Shown one piece after another: positions 44,609-57,737 of a DNA stretch of 64,000 bases. A program made the position numbers and the translations under genes. Origin of the DNA: Nitrospirota bacterium (GTDB lineage Bacteria > Nitrospirota > Thermodesulfovibrionia > Thermodesulfovibrionales > JdFR-86); assembly GCA_963721805.1 (NCBI GenBank), contig CAVRJY010000002.1:128001-192000 (forward strand), given 5' to 3'. Within the stretch, counting starts at the first letter, position 1. Each line of letters starts with the position of its first letter. Below the pieces are notes generated by a model. It worked only from the letters and a program-made list of their open reading frames with translations, ran no database searches and had not been told where the DNA came from.

Positions 44609-44771
44609 ATGCCGTTGACAGCTCGCACGATTATGCAGGACTACACCAAAGCGCGAGAAATCGTCTTCAGACAAGGAAGCGTGAGAAAATCGTCCCGCAA
44701 GTGTACTGAGATGTACTCTGGAGGGCGATTTTCGAGCGATGACGCAGTATCAAGCGATTTGGCGCGGCTTT
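44609..44771 (-). repeat. Structured repeat copy F
   Basis: Core 44648-44771 reversed; 27-nt spacer; tail TGTCAACGGCAT. Confidence 0.85.
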
Positions 44772-44847
44772 CCAGCTCGCGTGTAAACCAACTAACCCTC
44801 TATGTTATTATTTATGCTTAATCTCAAGCTAAGGAGTTGATACCATT

Positions 44848-46107
44848 ATGATGACGATAACAGAGAAGATCTTCGCCGCACATTCAGGTAAAGCCGAGGT
44901 CGCCCCCGGCGAGCTGGTAAACGCCAAGTTGGACTTCGTGCTGGCAAACGACATCACCGCGCCTATCGCGATTTCGGAGTTCAAAAAGACCGGCGCGACC
45001 AAGGTCTTTGACGCACAGCGTGTTTCTTTGATCCCGGACCACTTCTCGCCCAACAAGGACATCAAGGCCGCCGAGCAGTGCAAGATACTGCGCGAGTTCT
45101 CGCGCGAGCAGGCGCTTACTAACTACTTCGAGGTCGGCCGCATGGGCATCGAGCACGCACTGCTGCCGGAGCTTGGCGTGGTGCTGCCGGGCGATATGAT
45201 TATCGGCGCGGACAGCCACACCTGCACGTACGGCGCGCTCGGCGCGTTCTCGACAGGCGTGGGCTCGACGGACGTCGCGGCGGCGATGGCCACCGGCGAG
45301 TGCTGGTTTAAGGTGCCGGAGTCGATGAAATTTATCTACAAGGGCAAGCTCAATAAATGGGTCGGGGGTAAGGACCTGATCCTGCACACGATCGGCGACA
45401 TCGGCGTGGACGGCGCGCTGTATCGCGCGATGGAGTTCGAGGGCGAGGTCATCCGCTCGATGCCGATGTACGGCAGGCTCACGATATGCAACATGGCGAT
45501 AGAGGCCGGAGGCAAGAACGGGATCATCGTCCCGGACGAGATCACCGAGGCATACGTCAAGGGCCGCGCCAAGAGGCCGTATAAGTTTTATACCTCGGAC
45601 GCCGGGGCGAAGTACGTCGAGGTGCGCGAGTACGACTGCTCGAAGATCCCGCCCACCGTGGCATGCCCCTCGCTGCCGAGCAACACCAAGCCCGCGGCCG
45701 AGCTGTCGGCCATCACGATAGACCAGGCCGTGATCGGCTCGTGCACGAACGGAAGGTTAGAGGACCTGCGCGAGGCCGCATCGGTGCTCAAAGGCCGTAA
45801 GGTCCACCCGTATGTCAGGCTCGTCGTATTCCCCGGCACGCAACAGATATACCTCGACGCGATGGAAGAGGGCATCATCCGCACGCTGATCGAGGCGGGG
45901 GCGGCCGTATCGACCCCGACATGCGGCCCGTGCCTTGGCGGGCACATGGGAGTGCTCGCAAAGGGCGAGCGCGCTATCGCGACGACGAACCGCAACTTCG
46001 TAGGCCGCATGGGACACCCCGAGAGCGAGGTCTACCTGAGCAACCCGGCGGTCGCGGCGGCGTCCGCGGTTCTGGGCCGCATTGGATTGCCCGACGAGCT
46101 GAAATAA
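44848..46107 (+). CDS. leuC: 3-isopropylmalate dehydratase large subunit
   Basis: [40 protein letters not shown]; near leuA (LeuC/HacA-type). Confidence 0.92.
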   Translation: MMTITEKIFAAHSGKAEVAPGELVNAKLDFVLANDITAPIAISEFKKTGATKVFDAQRVSLIPDHFSPNKDIKAAEQCKILREFSREQALTNYFEVGRMGIEHALLPELGVVLPGDMIIGADSHTCTYGALGAFSTGVGSTDVAAAMATGECWFKVPESMKFIYKGKLNKWVGGKDLILHTIGDIGVDGALYRAMEFEGEVIRSMPMYGRLTICNMAIEAGGKNGIIVPDEITEAYVKGRAKRPYKFYTSDAGAKYVEVREYDCSKIPPTVACPSLPSNTKPAAELSAITIDQAVIGSCTNGRLEDLREAASVLKGRKVHPYVRLVVFPGTQQIYLDAMEEGIIRTLIEAGAAVSTPTCGPCLGGHMGVLAKGERAIATTNRNFVGRMGHPESEVYLSNPAVAAASAVLGRIGLPDELK

Positions 46108-46575
46108 TTGTCATCACCAGAGGATAAACTTAAAGAACTTGGGATATCGCTCCCGGAGGTGCCGAAGCCGCTCGGGAGCTACGTCCCTTCGCTGATCAGC
46201 GGCAACCTTCTATATACAAGCGGGCAGCTTCCGCTCATAGACGGCAAGCTGATGCACACAGGCAAGCTGGGCAGCGAGGTCACATTGGAAGAGGGCCGCC
46301 TCTGCGCCCGGCGATGCGCGATCAACGCCCTCGCGGTCGCGAAGGCGCAGCTTGGCGGGCTTGACAGGATAGGGCGCGTAATCAAGATCACGGGCTATGT
46401 CGCCTCGGCCACGGGATTCACCGGCCAGCCGGGCGTGCTCAACGGCGCGTCGGACCTGATGGTGGAGGTATTGGGCGAGGCCGGGCGGCACGTGCGAGTG
46501 GCGGTAGGCGTTGCGGTGCTGCCGCTGGATGCCCCGGTCGAGATAGAGTTCGTCTTTGAGGTGATACCGGCCTAG
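46108..46575 (+). CDS. RidA/YjgF family protein
   Basis: YTSGQLP, NGASDL, GRHVRVAVG, LPLDAPVEIE. Confidence 0.9.
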   Translation: MSSPEDKLKELGISLPEVPKPLGSYVPSLISGNLLYTSGQLPLIDGKLMHTGKLGSEVTLEEGRLCARRCAINALAVAKAQLGGLDRIGRVIKITGYVASATGFTGQPGVLNGASDLMVEVLGEAGRHVRVAVGVAVLPLDAPVEIEFVFEVIPA

Positions 46576-48554
46576 CTTACGTTGTAGCCCGCCTCCGCGA
46601 GCATACTCTCGTCCTCGTCTATCATGCGTAAAAAAGAATTTACCAGGAACGGGTCGAACTGCGTGCCCGCGCCGCGCCTGATCTCGGCCTTGACGATCTG
46701 GAGGCTGAGGGCCTTCCTGTACGGCCTGTCCGAGAGCATCGCGTCGAAGGTGTCGACGACCGCGAGTATGCGGGCTTTGAGCGATATCTCGTCACCGGCG
46801 ATGCCGTACGGGTATCCCGTGCCGTCGTAGCGCTCGTGGTGCTGGAGTATCGTGGTGCGCACGCCCTGGAGCGTCCCGATCGGGCCGAGTATCTCGTCGC
46901 CGATGATCGGGTGGGCCTGGATCAGGCTGAACTCGGCGTTCGTGAGCCTGCCTGCCTTGTTCAGGACGGCCGAGTCGATGCCTATCTTGCCTATGTCGTG
47001 CAGGATCGAGGCGTGCTCGAAGAGCTCTATCTCGCGGTGGTCGAGCCCGATGTAGCGGCCGAGCTTCAGGCCCATGAACTTCACGCGCTCGGAGTGGCCG
47101 CGCGTGTAGCGGTCGCTGGCCTCAAGCGCGTTGACGAGCGCCTGTATCGTGCCGAAGTAGTTGCTCTTGACCGTCTCGTACAGCCATGCGTTCTCGATAG
47201 CGACCACGGCCTGGTTCGCCATCGTGCCGAGCAGGCTCAGGTCGTCCTCGCTGAACGCCGAGCCGTCGAGCTTGCGCTCCAGCAGCAGGCCGCCGATGAC
47301 CTGCCCCTTCATCTTGATCGGGACGCCTACGGCCGGGGACTGGCCTTCGGGCGCGGAGGACTGGCCCCCGTCCCCGCAGCACAGCACGGTCCTGCCCTCG
47401 CCGATCAGGTCGGCGTAGTACGGGTTTTCGTCCGACGGGATGTCCTTGGCCCGCTCGACCCCGATGCCGTGGGCGTACTGCATCGTGATCGACGAGTGGC
47501 CGTTGCGCATTATTCTGATGGACCCGCGCTCGACCTGCATCAGCTCGGCTGCGGTGCGGATGATGAGCTTTATCAGGTCCTCGGTCTCGATGACCGAGGC
47601 CAGGACGCGGCCGATCTCGTTTACGCTCTTTAAGCTCTCGACGATCTTCTCGAGCTCTATGTTTTTTGTCTTGACCTCCTTAGAGAGGCTCAGCACGGCC
47701 CTGTTTGCGGTCTCGACCTCGCGTATCTTGTGCTCGAGGCTCAGGTTGAGCTCTTCGAGCCTGCCCTTGTGGTCGAGCTCGACGCGCGCGCGGGATATCT
47801 CCTTTTCCTTCCTGAGCCCCTTTTCGTGCAGCGCGCGGACCTCGGCCACCATGTGGTTGAACGCCGCGCCCACCGCCCCTAACTCGTCGTCCGAGCCGAC
47901 CGGGGCCTGGGCGTCCCAGTCTCCGGCCTCGACCCTGCGCATCGAGTCCATGAGTCCGGCCACGGGCATGGAGACGAACCGCGTGAACAGCATGCGCGTC
48001 AGCAGGAGGACGCCGAATACGGTCAGCAGGCCGGTGAAAATCATGATGCGCTTCAGGGATGCGAAGTCCGTGACGCTTTGGGAGATGTCGTACTTGATCT
48101 CGATGATGCCGTTGACGCGGTCGCTCTCGTTATGGCAGCCGAAGCACTGCACGCGGTTGAGCACCGGGTTGTAGTATGTGATCGAGCCGTCCCCTATCCG
48201 GTGGCTCGCGTTAAGGGGATCGAGGCCGATGAGGTCCGACGCCGGGAGCTTCTGTCCGAGCTCTGCCTGGTTAGCGGATTTCAGCACCAGTCCGGTCGGG
48301 GAGATGATCCTGAGGCTCAGGATCTTCTGGTTCTCTCCGATGTCCTCGACCGATTTCTGTACGTCCTCGGTGTTGCCCTGGCTCATGGAGACGTCGATGC
48401 CCTTGAGGATGATGGCGCTTAAGGTCTTTACGTCCTCGGCCTTCGAGGCCACCATCCAGCGGTACTGGAAGCTCAGGGCGATAGCGGTCGAGACCCCTAT
48501 CGCGGCCACCAGGCATACAGCTACCGCTACCGTTATCTTCGCCCTCAGTTCCAT
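46572..48554 (-). CDS. HAMP-GAF-HD-GYP phosphodiesterase with periplasmic CXXCH motif
   Basis: Two TMs around CFGCH; DELG HAMP; YTRGHSERV, LHDIGKIG, HHERYDGTGYP. Confidence 0.9.
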   Translation of the reverse strand: MELRAKITVAVAVCLVAAIGVSTAIALSFQYRWMVASKAEDVKTLSAIILKGIDVSMSQGNTEDVQKSVEDIGENQKILSLRIISPTGLVLKSANQAELGQKLPASDLIGLDPLNASHRIGDGSITYYNPVLNRVQCFGCHNESDRVNGIIEIKYDISQSVTDFASLKRIMIFTGLLTVFGVLLLTRMLFTRFVSMPVAGLMDSMRRVEAGDWDAQAPVGSDDELGAVGAAFNHMVAEVRALHEKGLRKEKEISRARVELDHKGRLEELNLSLEHKIREVETANRAVLSLSKEVKTKNIELEKIVESLKSVNEIGRVLASVIETEDLIKLIIRTAAELMQVERGSIRIMRNGHSSITMQYAHGIGVERAKDIPSDENPYYADLIGEGRTVLCCGDGGQSSAPEGQSPAVGVPIKMKGQVIGGLLLERKLDGSAFSEDDLSLLGTMANQAVVAIENAWLYETVKSNYFGTIQALVNALEASDRYTRGHSERVKFMGLKLGRYIGLDHREIELFEHASILHDIGKIGIDSAVLNKAGRLTNAEFSLIQAHPIIGDEILGPIGTLQGVRTTILQHHERYDGTGYPYGIAGDEISLKARILAVVDTFDAMLSDRPYRKALSLQIVKAEIRRGAGTQFDPFLVNSFLRMIDEDESMLAEAGYNVS

Positions 48555-48721
48555 TGAGTGGACATACCCCTCCAATTATTTGAAAGCAATAAATATGCCC
48601 ACCTCCAAAAGATTGCAATTGCTCGATAATGCCGCGTAAATACTGCGAGAAATCCCGTCTATTGCTCGAAATGACGCAGCTGCCTGTACCTTTTTGGGAT
48701 TTCATTCTGTTAAACTTCATG

Positions 48722-50025
48722 ATGCCTAAGTCAATCGTAGCGATAGTAGGAAGGCCAAATGTAGGGAAATCCACGCTTTTTAACCGCATTGTCGGACGCC
48801 AGGCCGCGATAGTCGAGGACATACCGGGCGTCACGCGCGACCGCAACTACCTTGACGCCACCTGGGACGAGCATGCATTCATAGTGGTGGACACGGGAGG
48901 GTTTTATGCGGCCCCGCAAGATGACATAACCGTCCAGATGAGGGAGCAGGCGATGTACGCGGTGGATGAGGCCGACGTTATAATCCACATGCTGGACGGC
49001 CCGGACGGGCTCACCCCTCCAGACCGCGATCTTGCCGCGCTGTTGCGCGTCTCGGGAAAGCCGGTCGTATGGGCCGTAAACAAGATAGACTCCCCGAAGC
49101 GCGAAGCCCAGTTTCTGCCGGAGTTCTACGCCCTGGGGGCCGAGGACATCGTCCCGATATCCTCGGCGCACGGCCATAACATAGACGAGCTGATGGAGCG
49201 CGTCCTGGTGCACGTGAAATCCTCTGAGGCTGAGGAGTCCGAATACCCGGCCATCGCCGTGATCGGCAGGCCGAACGCCGGGAAATCCACGCTCGTAAAC
49301 GCGCTGCTGGGTAAGGACCGGATGCTCGTAAGCCCGATAGCCGGGACCACGCGCGACTCGATAGACTCGGTCTGCTCATACCACAAGCGCAAGTACCTCC
49401 TGATCGACACCGCCGGCATACGCCGCAAGGACTCGCGGGGATACAGCCTGGAGCGCTTCGCCTTCGTGCGCGCGATGAAGAGCATAGAGCGCGCCGACGT
49501 CGCGGTGATCGTGATCGACGCGACCGCCGGCATAGTCTCGGACGACCAGAAGATCGCCGGGCTCGTGCACGAGCAGGGCAAGAGCGCGCTCTTTCTCCTG
49601 AGCAAATGGGACCTGCTTACGGAGCACGAGGAGGCATTAAAGCGCTTCATGAACGAGTTTCAGCGCAAGTTCTGGTTCTTCGACCACGCGCCGGTGCTCA
49701 CCGCCTCGGGATCGACCGGCGGAGGATAACCAAGATCTTCCCTATAGTGGACGAGCTCGTCGAGCAGCGGAGCAAGCGCATAAGCGGCGCGGAGCTTAAC
49801 GCGATGCTCAAGACCTTCACGCTGCCTCCGAGCAAGGGCCACAAGGTAAAGCTCTCGTACATCTCGCAGGTCGGCGTCGAGCCACCTCGTTTTGCGGTAT
49901 TCACGAACAACCCCGAGGGGTTCGACCAGGCGCGCATCCGCGCGGTCGAGGCCCGGCTCAGGGAGAGCTTCTCGTTCGCCGGCTCGCCGATAAGACTGTA
50001 CATAAGGGCCAAGGACAAGGACTGA
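48722..50025 (+). CDS. der: Ribosome biogenesis GTPase Der; frameshift near 49710
   Basis: Two G domains (GRPNVGKS, GRPNAGKS) and a KH-like C-terminus (PPRF...F.GSPI) in the shifted frame. Confidence 0.95.
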
Positions 50026-50037
50026 GGAGCATCCGCC

Positions 50038-50886
50038 ATGCGCTTTGTCATGCTATACATCCGAAGCGTGAGGGACTTCATCCGCGACGGCGGCATGATG
50101 CTCGCCGGGTCGCTCTCGTTTTTCTCGATGATGGCGATGGTGCCGCTGAGCCTGTTTCTCCTTTCGGTGCTCGCGCAATTAGTCGGCACCGACCCGGGGT
50201 TCCTGAAGTTCTTCACCGCGAGGTTCTCGGGCATGTTCCCGAAGGCAGCCGGCGACGTGGCCGAGGGGATCAGGAAGCTCATCACAGCGAGGGGCATGGG
50301 CAGCGTAGGGCTGGGGCTTTATGCGGTGCTCTCGGTCCAGTTTTACTGGGCCCTGCACAAATCCATAGACGCGGTCTTCAAGTGCCACAAGAAGCGGATG
50401 TTCATCCTGACCGTGCTGATCTCGTTCCTAGTGGTATCGATGATGGTCGTGTTCCTGTTTCTCTCGTTCACGCTGGCGTCGGCCGTGACGTTCCTGAGCG
50501 ACCTTGCGCGCGACGTCTCGTGGCTTCAGCTCTCGGGCTTCAAGAGGTTCGTCTTCCGCTACGTGCTCTCCCCCGTGGTGTCCACCCTTATCCTGCTTAC
50601 GATCTACGCCCTGATGCCTATGAAGCGCATACGCCTGGAAAACGCGTTTAAGGGCGCCCTCGCCACTGCCGTCATGCTCGAGATCGCCAAGGGCCTCTTT
50701 ACGCTCTACGTCCGAAACGTCCTGAGCCTGGACACCATCTACGGCTCGCTCACCTCGTTCGTCGTATTCATGCTCTGGGTGTATTACTCGTGCGCGATAT
50801 TCCTGATCGGCGGGGAGCTGGTCAACAACCTCGAAGGCGGCGGCAGGGATACGGTCAGCGTGCTTGGCCGAGTCCGCCGCAAATAA
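50038..50886 (+). CDS. YihY/BrkB family membrane protein
   Basis: AGSLSFF, IYGSL...MLWVYY...GGEL. Confidence 0.88.
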   Translation: MRFVMLYIRSVRDFIRDGGMMLAGSLSFFSMMAMVPLSLFLLSVLAQLVGTDPGFLKFFTARFSGMFPKAAGDVAEGIRKLITARGMGSVGLGLYAVLSVQFYWALHKSIDAVFKCHKKRMFILTVLISFLVVSMMVVFLFLSFTLASAVTFLSDLARDVSWLQLSGFKRFVFRYVLSPVVSTLILLTIYALMPMKRIRLENAFKGALATAVMLEIAKGLFTLYVRNVLSLDTIYGSLTSFVVFMLWVYYSCAIFLIGGELVNNLEGGGRDTVSVLGRVRRK

Positions 50887-51580
50887 ACTGCACCACGCTC
50901 AGCGCGGCGATGGCCGCGGTCTCGGCCCTCAGCGTCCGGGGGCCGAGCGTCGCTACCTTAAGCCCGGCGTCCGATGCGAGCGTGACCTCATCGGCCGTAA
51001 GCCCGCCCTCCGGGCCGACAATCAATATGAACTCGCCCGCCGAAATAGCATCCGCGCTGCTGACCGCAGAGCCGCCTTCCTCCCAAAACACCAGCCCGGC
51101 CGCATTCGCGGGCAGCGATGCGATGAACGCCGCGTAGTCCGTGACCGGTTGGATGACAGGGGGCCGGGGCTGTACGGACTGCCGCGCGGCCTCCGATGCT
51201 ATCTTCTCCCACCGGGGCTGCTTGCGCGTCTCGCGCACCTCGCAGCGGGAGGTCGCAATCGGCACAATAGAAGACACCCCAAGCTCGGTAGCCTTCTGGA
51301 TCACTAGGTCCATCTTCGCGCCCTTAAGCACGCCCTGCGCGAGCGTAATCCTGACGGGTGGCGCGGGTATGGGCGTGAGGGCGCCGATGACCTCGATCAC
51401 GGTGCGGGACTTCTCGAGCGTGAGGATCACGGCATCGCTTCGAAGCCCGCCGTCGTGGATCAGCTCGACATGGTCGCCGGGTGACATCCTGAGCACGGTC
51501 GCGAGGTATCTGGCCTCCTCAGGCCGCAGTATTATTTTTGTCTCTCCGGGGGGGATCGCGGGAAGGATTAGCCTCGGCAT
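50855..51580 (-). CDS. rsmE: 16S rRNA m3U1498 methyltransferase
   Basis: VLR, QKATELGV, VGPEGG, LGPRTLRAETA. Confidence 0.95.
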   Translation of the reverse strand: MPRLILPAIPPGETKIILRPEEARYLATVLRMSPGDHVELIHDGGLRSDAVILTLEKSRTVIEVIGALTPIPAPPVRITLAQGVLKGAKMDLVIQKATELGVSSIVPIATSRCEVRETRKQPRWEKIASEAARQSVQPRPPVIQPVTDYAAFIASLPANAAGLVFWEEGGSAVSSADAISAGEFILIVGPEGGLTADEVTLASDAGLKVATLGPRTLRAETAAIAALSVVQFICGGLGQAR

Positions 51581-51589
51581 GACGATGCG

Positions 51590-52069
51590 CTATGCGCCGC
51601 CCGAACGCCTTAGCTCGTCGAATCTTCTTACAGCCTCGAACATTACGCCCCCGGTGGGGAGCCTCACCGGGCTTGCCTTCAGGTACGAGGGAAGCTCCTC
51701 GATGAACTCAAACGCGCCGCCCGGCAGGCGCAGTATCTCGATCACGACGTCCTCGGCCCCGCGCCTGAGCGCGCCCTGCATGGCCTCGGCATCATCCCCT
51801 CCCATCAGCAGCCCGAACAGCGGCATGGCCTCGGCGCGCGCGCGCTCAAACGATTCGCGGATGCGGTCTTCGGAGAGGTCGAGTATGCCGGCGAGCTTGC
51901 GCTTGAGGTCCGAGGCCAGGATCATCCTGCCGTCTTCAAAGCACAGGCAGGCGTCAAGGCTCTCGGCGTTTACGAGGAGCACGCCGCTTTTGCGGCTGGA
52001 CTCTATCCACTGCAGGATGTCCGTGACCGGGAAGGCCGATATCTCGCCCTTTATTCCGCGCTTCATCAC
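51590..52069 (-). CDS. DUF4388-domain protein
   Basis: GEISAFPVTDILQWI...KSGVL...F.DG; G.FEF. Confidence 0.75.
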   Translation of the reverse strand: MMKRGIKGEISAFPVTDILQWIESSRKSGVLLVNAESLDACLCFEDGRMILASDLKRKLAGILDLSEDRIRESFERARAEAMPLFGLLMGGDDAEAMQGALRRGAEDVVIEILRLPGGAFEFIEELPSYLKASPVRLPTGGVMFEAVRRFDELRRSGGA

Positions 52070-53196
52070 TACTGGCCCGCGAAGAGGTTTTTGAACTTGT
52101 CTTTAATCCCGTGCGCGGCGTGCGGATCCTCAGTGGATGCGCCTTCGAAGGAATGCGCGAACTCCTCGAGCAGCTCCCTTTGCCGCGCCGAGAGTTTCCT
52201 CGGCACGTCGACGCTCACGATCACGACATGGTCGCCGCGCGAGCGTCCGCCGAGCTTCGGCACCCCCTTGCCCCTCACCGTAAAGCGCGAGGAGGGCTGG
52301 GTGCCGGGCGGGATCTTGAGCTTCTGCGGGCCCTCGAGCGTCGGGACCTCGATCTCGGCCCCGAGCGCGGCCTGCGCGAATGTTATCACGCTCTCGGTGT
52401 ATATCGTCTGCCCGTCGCGCTGGAAGAGCTCGTGCGGGGCGATGTCGAGCACGACGTAGAGGTCTCCGGCCGGGCCGCCGTCCATGCCTGGGTCGCCCTC
52501 GCCCGTAAGCTTCAACCTCGAGCCCGCGTCCACCCCTGGTGGAATCTTGATCGAGACCTGCCGGGGCTGGCGGAGCCGTCCGTCGCCGTTGCACCTGGGG
52601 CAGGGGTCGCTGATCAGGGTGCCGGTGCCCCTGCACGTGGGGCAGGTCTTGGCGATGCTGAAGAACCCCTGCTGAAACCTCACCTGCCCGCGGCCGCCGC
52701 AGTCGCGGCATGGGGTCCGCCTGCCGGAGACCGAGCCGGTGCCGGAGCAGTCCGGGCATTTCTCCCATTTCATTATGTCGATGATCTTCTCGGTGCCGAA
52801 CGCGGACTCCTCGAGCGTTATCTCCATGTCGTAGCGCAGGTCGCTGCCCTTGGATCCGCGCCGGTTCCGGCCGCCGCCCGCGCCTCCGAAGAACTCGCCG
52901 AACAGGTCCTCGAATATGTCGCCCATGCCCGCGCCGGCCGTGCTGAACCCGCCAAACCCTCCGGCGCCTCCACCCATGCCTTCTGCGGTGCCGAAGCGGT
53001 CGAAGTTGGCGCGTTTCTGGGAGTCGCTCAGGCAGGAGTATGCCTCGTTGATCTCCTTGAAGCGCTCTTCGGCCTGCTTGTCGGCCGGGAAGTGGTCGGG
53101 GTGGCACTCGAGCGCGAGCTTGCGGAAGGCCTTCTTTATCTCGGTTTCAGAGGCGTCGCGGCCGACGCCGAGTATCTTATAGTAGTCTTTGCCCAT
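52069..53196 (-). CDS. dnaJ: Chaperone DnaJ
   Basis: DYY.ILGV, HPD, G/F region, four CxxCxGxG repeats. Confidence 0.97.
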   Translation of the reverse strand: MGKDYYKILGVGRDASETEIKKAFRKLALECHPDHFPADKQAEERFKEINEAYSCLSDSQKRANFDRFGTAEGMGGGAGGFGGFSTAGAGMGDIFEDLFGEFFGGAGGGRNRRGSKGSDLRYDMEITLEESAFGTEKIIDIMKWEKCPDCSGTGSVSGRRTPCRDCGGRGQVRFQQGFFSIAKTCPTCRGTGTLISDPCPRCNGDGRLRQPRQVSIKIPPGVDAGSRLKLTGEGDPGMDGGPAGDLYVVLDIAPHELFQRDGQTIYTESVITFAQAALGAEIEVPTLEGPQKLKIPPGTQPSSRFTVRGKGVPKLGGRSRGDHVVIVSVDVPRKLSARQRELLEEFAHSFEGASTEDPHAAHGIKDKFKNLFAGQ

Positions 53197-53271
53197 ATCT
53201 TTGAGGATAACATAAGTAAGCGGGCGGAGGCCCGTTTTCAGGGGTCCCCGCCCGCCACTTTTATCAGCCCG

Positions 53272-55215
<1,944 letters not shown>

Positions 55216-55276
55216 CTTGAAAATCCTCCTTTTATAGCACTCAAATAATACACCTTATCGTGGCGAATTTGAATGG

Positions 55277-55828
55277 TTAGTTATTGCCCTGCCCGGGCCG
55301 CTTCGATACCGCGACCATCGTCGCGCGCAGTACCTTGTCCTTATACATGTAGCCTTTCCTGAATGCCGCGACCACGGTGCCCTCCTCGGCGTCCGGCTGC
55401 TCGACATGGCTGATCGCGTGGTGAAACTGCGGGTCGAACGGCCGGCCCTCGGCCTCTATGGCCTGAAGCCCGTACTTCTCTAACGTGCGCATCAGCTCGC
55501 GCCGCGTGGCCTCGACGCCCTCGGCGAGGCCCTTGCAGGCCTCCGGGGCCTCGGCCATGTGCGCCAGCGCGATCTCCATGTTGTCGACCGAGGTCAGGAG
55601 TTCGGCCATGAGCTGCTCGTTTTGGTACTTGAAGATGTCCTCGCGGTCGCGGTTGACGCGCTTTTTGTAGTTTTCGAACTCCGCGTACAGGCGCATGAGC
55701 TTGTCGCGCTCGGCGTCCAGCTCGGCCTTCGGCACGCACTCGCCCGGCGGGGCGGCCTCATCCTCCGGCTCGGCCACCAGCTCCACGTCGTCAGCGGTGA
55801 ACTCGTCGTCCTTTTCTTCTTCGCTCAT
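55277..55828 (-). CDS. grpE: Nucleotide exchange factor GrpE
   Basis: AEFENYKKR, FDPQFHHA, GY...DKVLR. Confidence 0.95.
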   Translation of the reverse strand: MSEEEKDDEFTADDVELVAEPEDEAAPPGECVPKAELDAERDKLMRLYAEFENYKKRVNRDREDIFKYQNEQLMAELLTSVDNMEIALAHMAEAPEACKGLAEGVEATRRELMRTLEKYGLQAIEAEGRPFDPQFHHAISHVEQPDAEEGTVVAAFRKGYMYKDKVLRATMVAVSKRPGQGNN

Positions 55829-55839
55829 CGTTACGGTCC

Positions 55840-56856
55840 TTATCTTGATATGGTGTTCGAGATCAGCCTCGCGGCCGCCTCGACTATCGGTATGGATTTC
55901 ACGTAGTCCATCCGGGTCGGGCCGATCATCCCGATGCTCCCGATCACGCGGCCGCCCTGCGTATAGGGCGCGAGTATTATGCTCAGGCGGCTTATGTCCA
56001 GCAGAGGGTTCTCCGAGCCTATCAGGATGTGGACGCCCTCGTCGCCCATCATGCCCTCGATGAGCTTCAGTATCGCGTGCTTGTCTTCGAGAGCGCCCAC
56101 CAGATCTCCCAGGCGGTTGGCGAAGTCCGGCAGCCCCAGCAGCATGGACATGCCCGACAGTATCACGTCGCCTTCGGGGTAGGTGAGGGCCTCTCTGCAT
56201 ATCTCGGCCGCGCGCGTCACCAGTATGTCCGCAATCGCGCTTTCGCGCGCGAGCTGCCCCATGAGCCTGAGCCTGATCTCGCTGATCGGCTGGCCCGAGA
56301 ACTCAGAGTTCATGAAGTCCGATATCTTGTTGAGGTCGCGCTGCGAGAGGTCGATGTCCATGTTGATGATCTTGTTTTTGATGAGCCCCTCGTTCGTAAG
56401 CAGGATGACCGCGATCTGCCGCCCCCTGTACCTGAACATCTGCACGCGGTTTAGCGTGCTGCCCTCTGGCCGCAGCGGCACCGCGAAGGCGAGGTAGTGC
56501 GAGATCTCAGAGAGTACGGAGATGGCCTCGCGCAGGACGTTGTTCATGTCCGTGCGGACCTCGTGCACGCGGCGCTCCATGGCCTCGGCGCTCGCGGCCT
56601 CGGCGCTCATCGGCTCGCGGCTAAGCGTGTCGACGTAATAGCGGTAGCCCTTGTCAGTCGGCACGCGGCCGGCAGAGGTGTGGGGCTGCGAGAGGAAGCC
56701 CATCTCCTCGAGGTCGGCCATGATGTTGCGGATCGTGGCCGGCGAGAGGTTAAACTCAAAGCGCTTGGTCACGAAGCGCGACCCCACGGGCTCGGCCTTC
56801 TGTATGTAGCTCTTAACTATAGAGCAGAGCACTCTTTCCGTTCGTTCGTTCAGCAT
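55840..56856 (-). CDS. hrcA: Heat-inducible transcription repressor
   Basis: EPVGS, SPATIRN.MADLE, HTSAGRVPT, IGPTRMDY. Confidence 0.97.
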   Translation of the reverse strand: MLNERTERVLCSIVKSYIQKAEPVGSRFVTKRFEFNLSPATIRNIMADLEEMGFLSQPHTSAGRVPTDKGYRYYVDTLSREPMSAEAASAEAMERRVHEVRTDMNNVLREAISVLSEISHYLAFAVPLRPEGSTLNRVQMFRYRGRQIAVILLTNEGLIKNKIINMDIDLSQRDLNKISDFMNSEFSGQPISEIRLRLMGQLARESAIADILVTRAAEICREALTYPEGDVILSGMSMLLGLPDFANRLGDLVGALEDKHAILKLIEGMMGDEGVHILIGSENPLLDISRLSIILAPYTQGGRVIGSIGMIGPTRMDYVKSIPIVEAAARLISNTISR

Positions 56857-56868
56857 ATGGCCCTCAAA

Positions 56869-56895
56869 TTAGCACTCTCGGCATTAGAGTGCTAA
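56869..56895. promoter_or_regulatory. CIRCE element
   Basis: TTAGCACTC-N9-GAGTGCTAA perfect consensus upstream of hrcA; minus-strand TTGACA (56930-56925) and TGcTAAATT promoter. Confidence 0.97.
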
Positions 56896-57138
56896 TTTTT
56901 AATTTAGCATCCGCGTCCATGCGGTGTCAAGCAATTGAAAAACGGGCGTAATTTGATTGAAATATAGTCTATAAAGGACAACCCGCATGTGCCCGCGCGA
57001 ATGCTAAAAAATTTGACGATGGTTGCGGAATTTGTGTATATTACTGCAGCATGCGCCGTTAAAGTATTAATGTAAGAGTAATACAGCGGCAAGGTCTGTG
57101 ACCCTGTGACGTCTGGCGATTGAAAAGGAGACTCCCTG

Positions 57139-57735
57139 ATGCCCCAGGCCGATAAAAAGCAAAAGAATGCTCAAAAGGGTTCGGTCGCGGCGGCCGACGC
57201 CGCGCTCTATGCCCGAAGCCTCATCGAGGCGAGCCTCGACCCCCTCGTAACGATCAGCCCCGAGGGGAAGATCACGGACGTCAACGAGGCGACCATCAAA
57301 GTCACCGGGGTATCGAGAGAAAGCCTGATCGGCACGGACTTCTCGGACTACTTCACCGAGCCCGAGAACGCCCGCTCCGGTTACGAGCAGGTCTTTTCGA
57401 AGGGTTACGTCACGGACTACCCGCTTACGATCAGGCACCGCGACGGAAGGCTCACGAACGTCCTGTATAACGCATCGGTTTACAGGGACGTCAAGGGTAA
57501 CGTGCTTGGGGTGTTCGCCGCGGCGCGCGACGTGACCGCGCAGAAAGATGCCGAGGAGAAGGTCGCGGAGCAGCGCAGCCGCGAGCAGCAGCGGGCCCGC
57601 GAGCTTGAGCGCCTCGCCGAACTCGAGAGGTTCCAGAAGCTCACGGTCGGCCGCGAGCTTAAGATGATCGAGCTTAAGAAGGAAAACGATGAGCTGAGGC
57701 GCAAATTGGAGCAGTGCACGGGAGAGAAGGCCTGA
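57139..57735 (+). CDS. PAS-domain protein with C-terminal coiled coil
   Basis: YARSLIEASLDPLVTIS...ARDVT PAS; GRELKMIELK helix. Confidence 0.85.
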   Translation: MPQADKKQKNAQKGSVAAADAALYARSLIEASLDPLVTISPEGKITDVNEATIKVTGVSRESLIGTDFSDYFTEPENARSGYEQVFSKGYVTDYPLTIRHRDGRLTNVLYNASVYRDVKGNVLGVFAAARDVTAQKDAEEKVAEQRSREQQRARELERLAELERFQKLTVGRELKMIELKKENDELRRKLEQCTGEKA

Positions 57736-57737
57736 CG

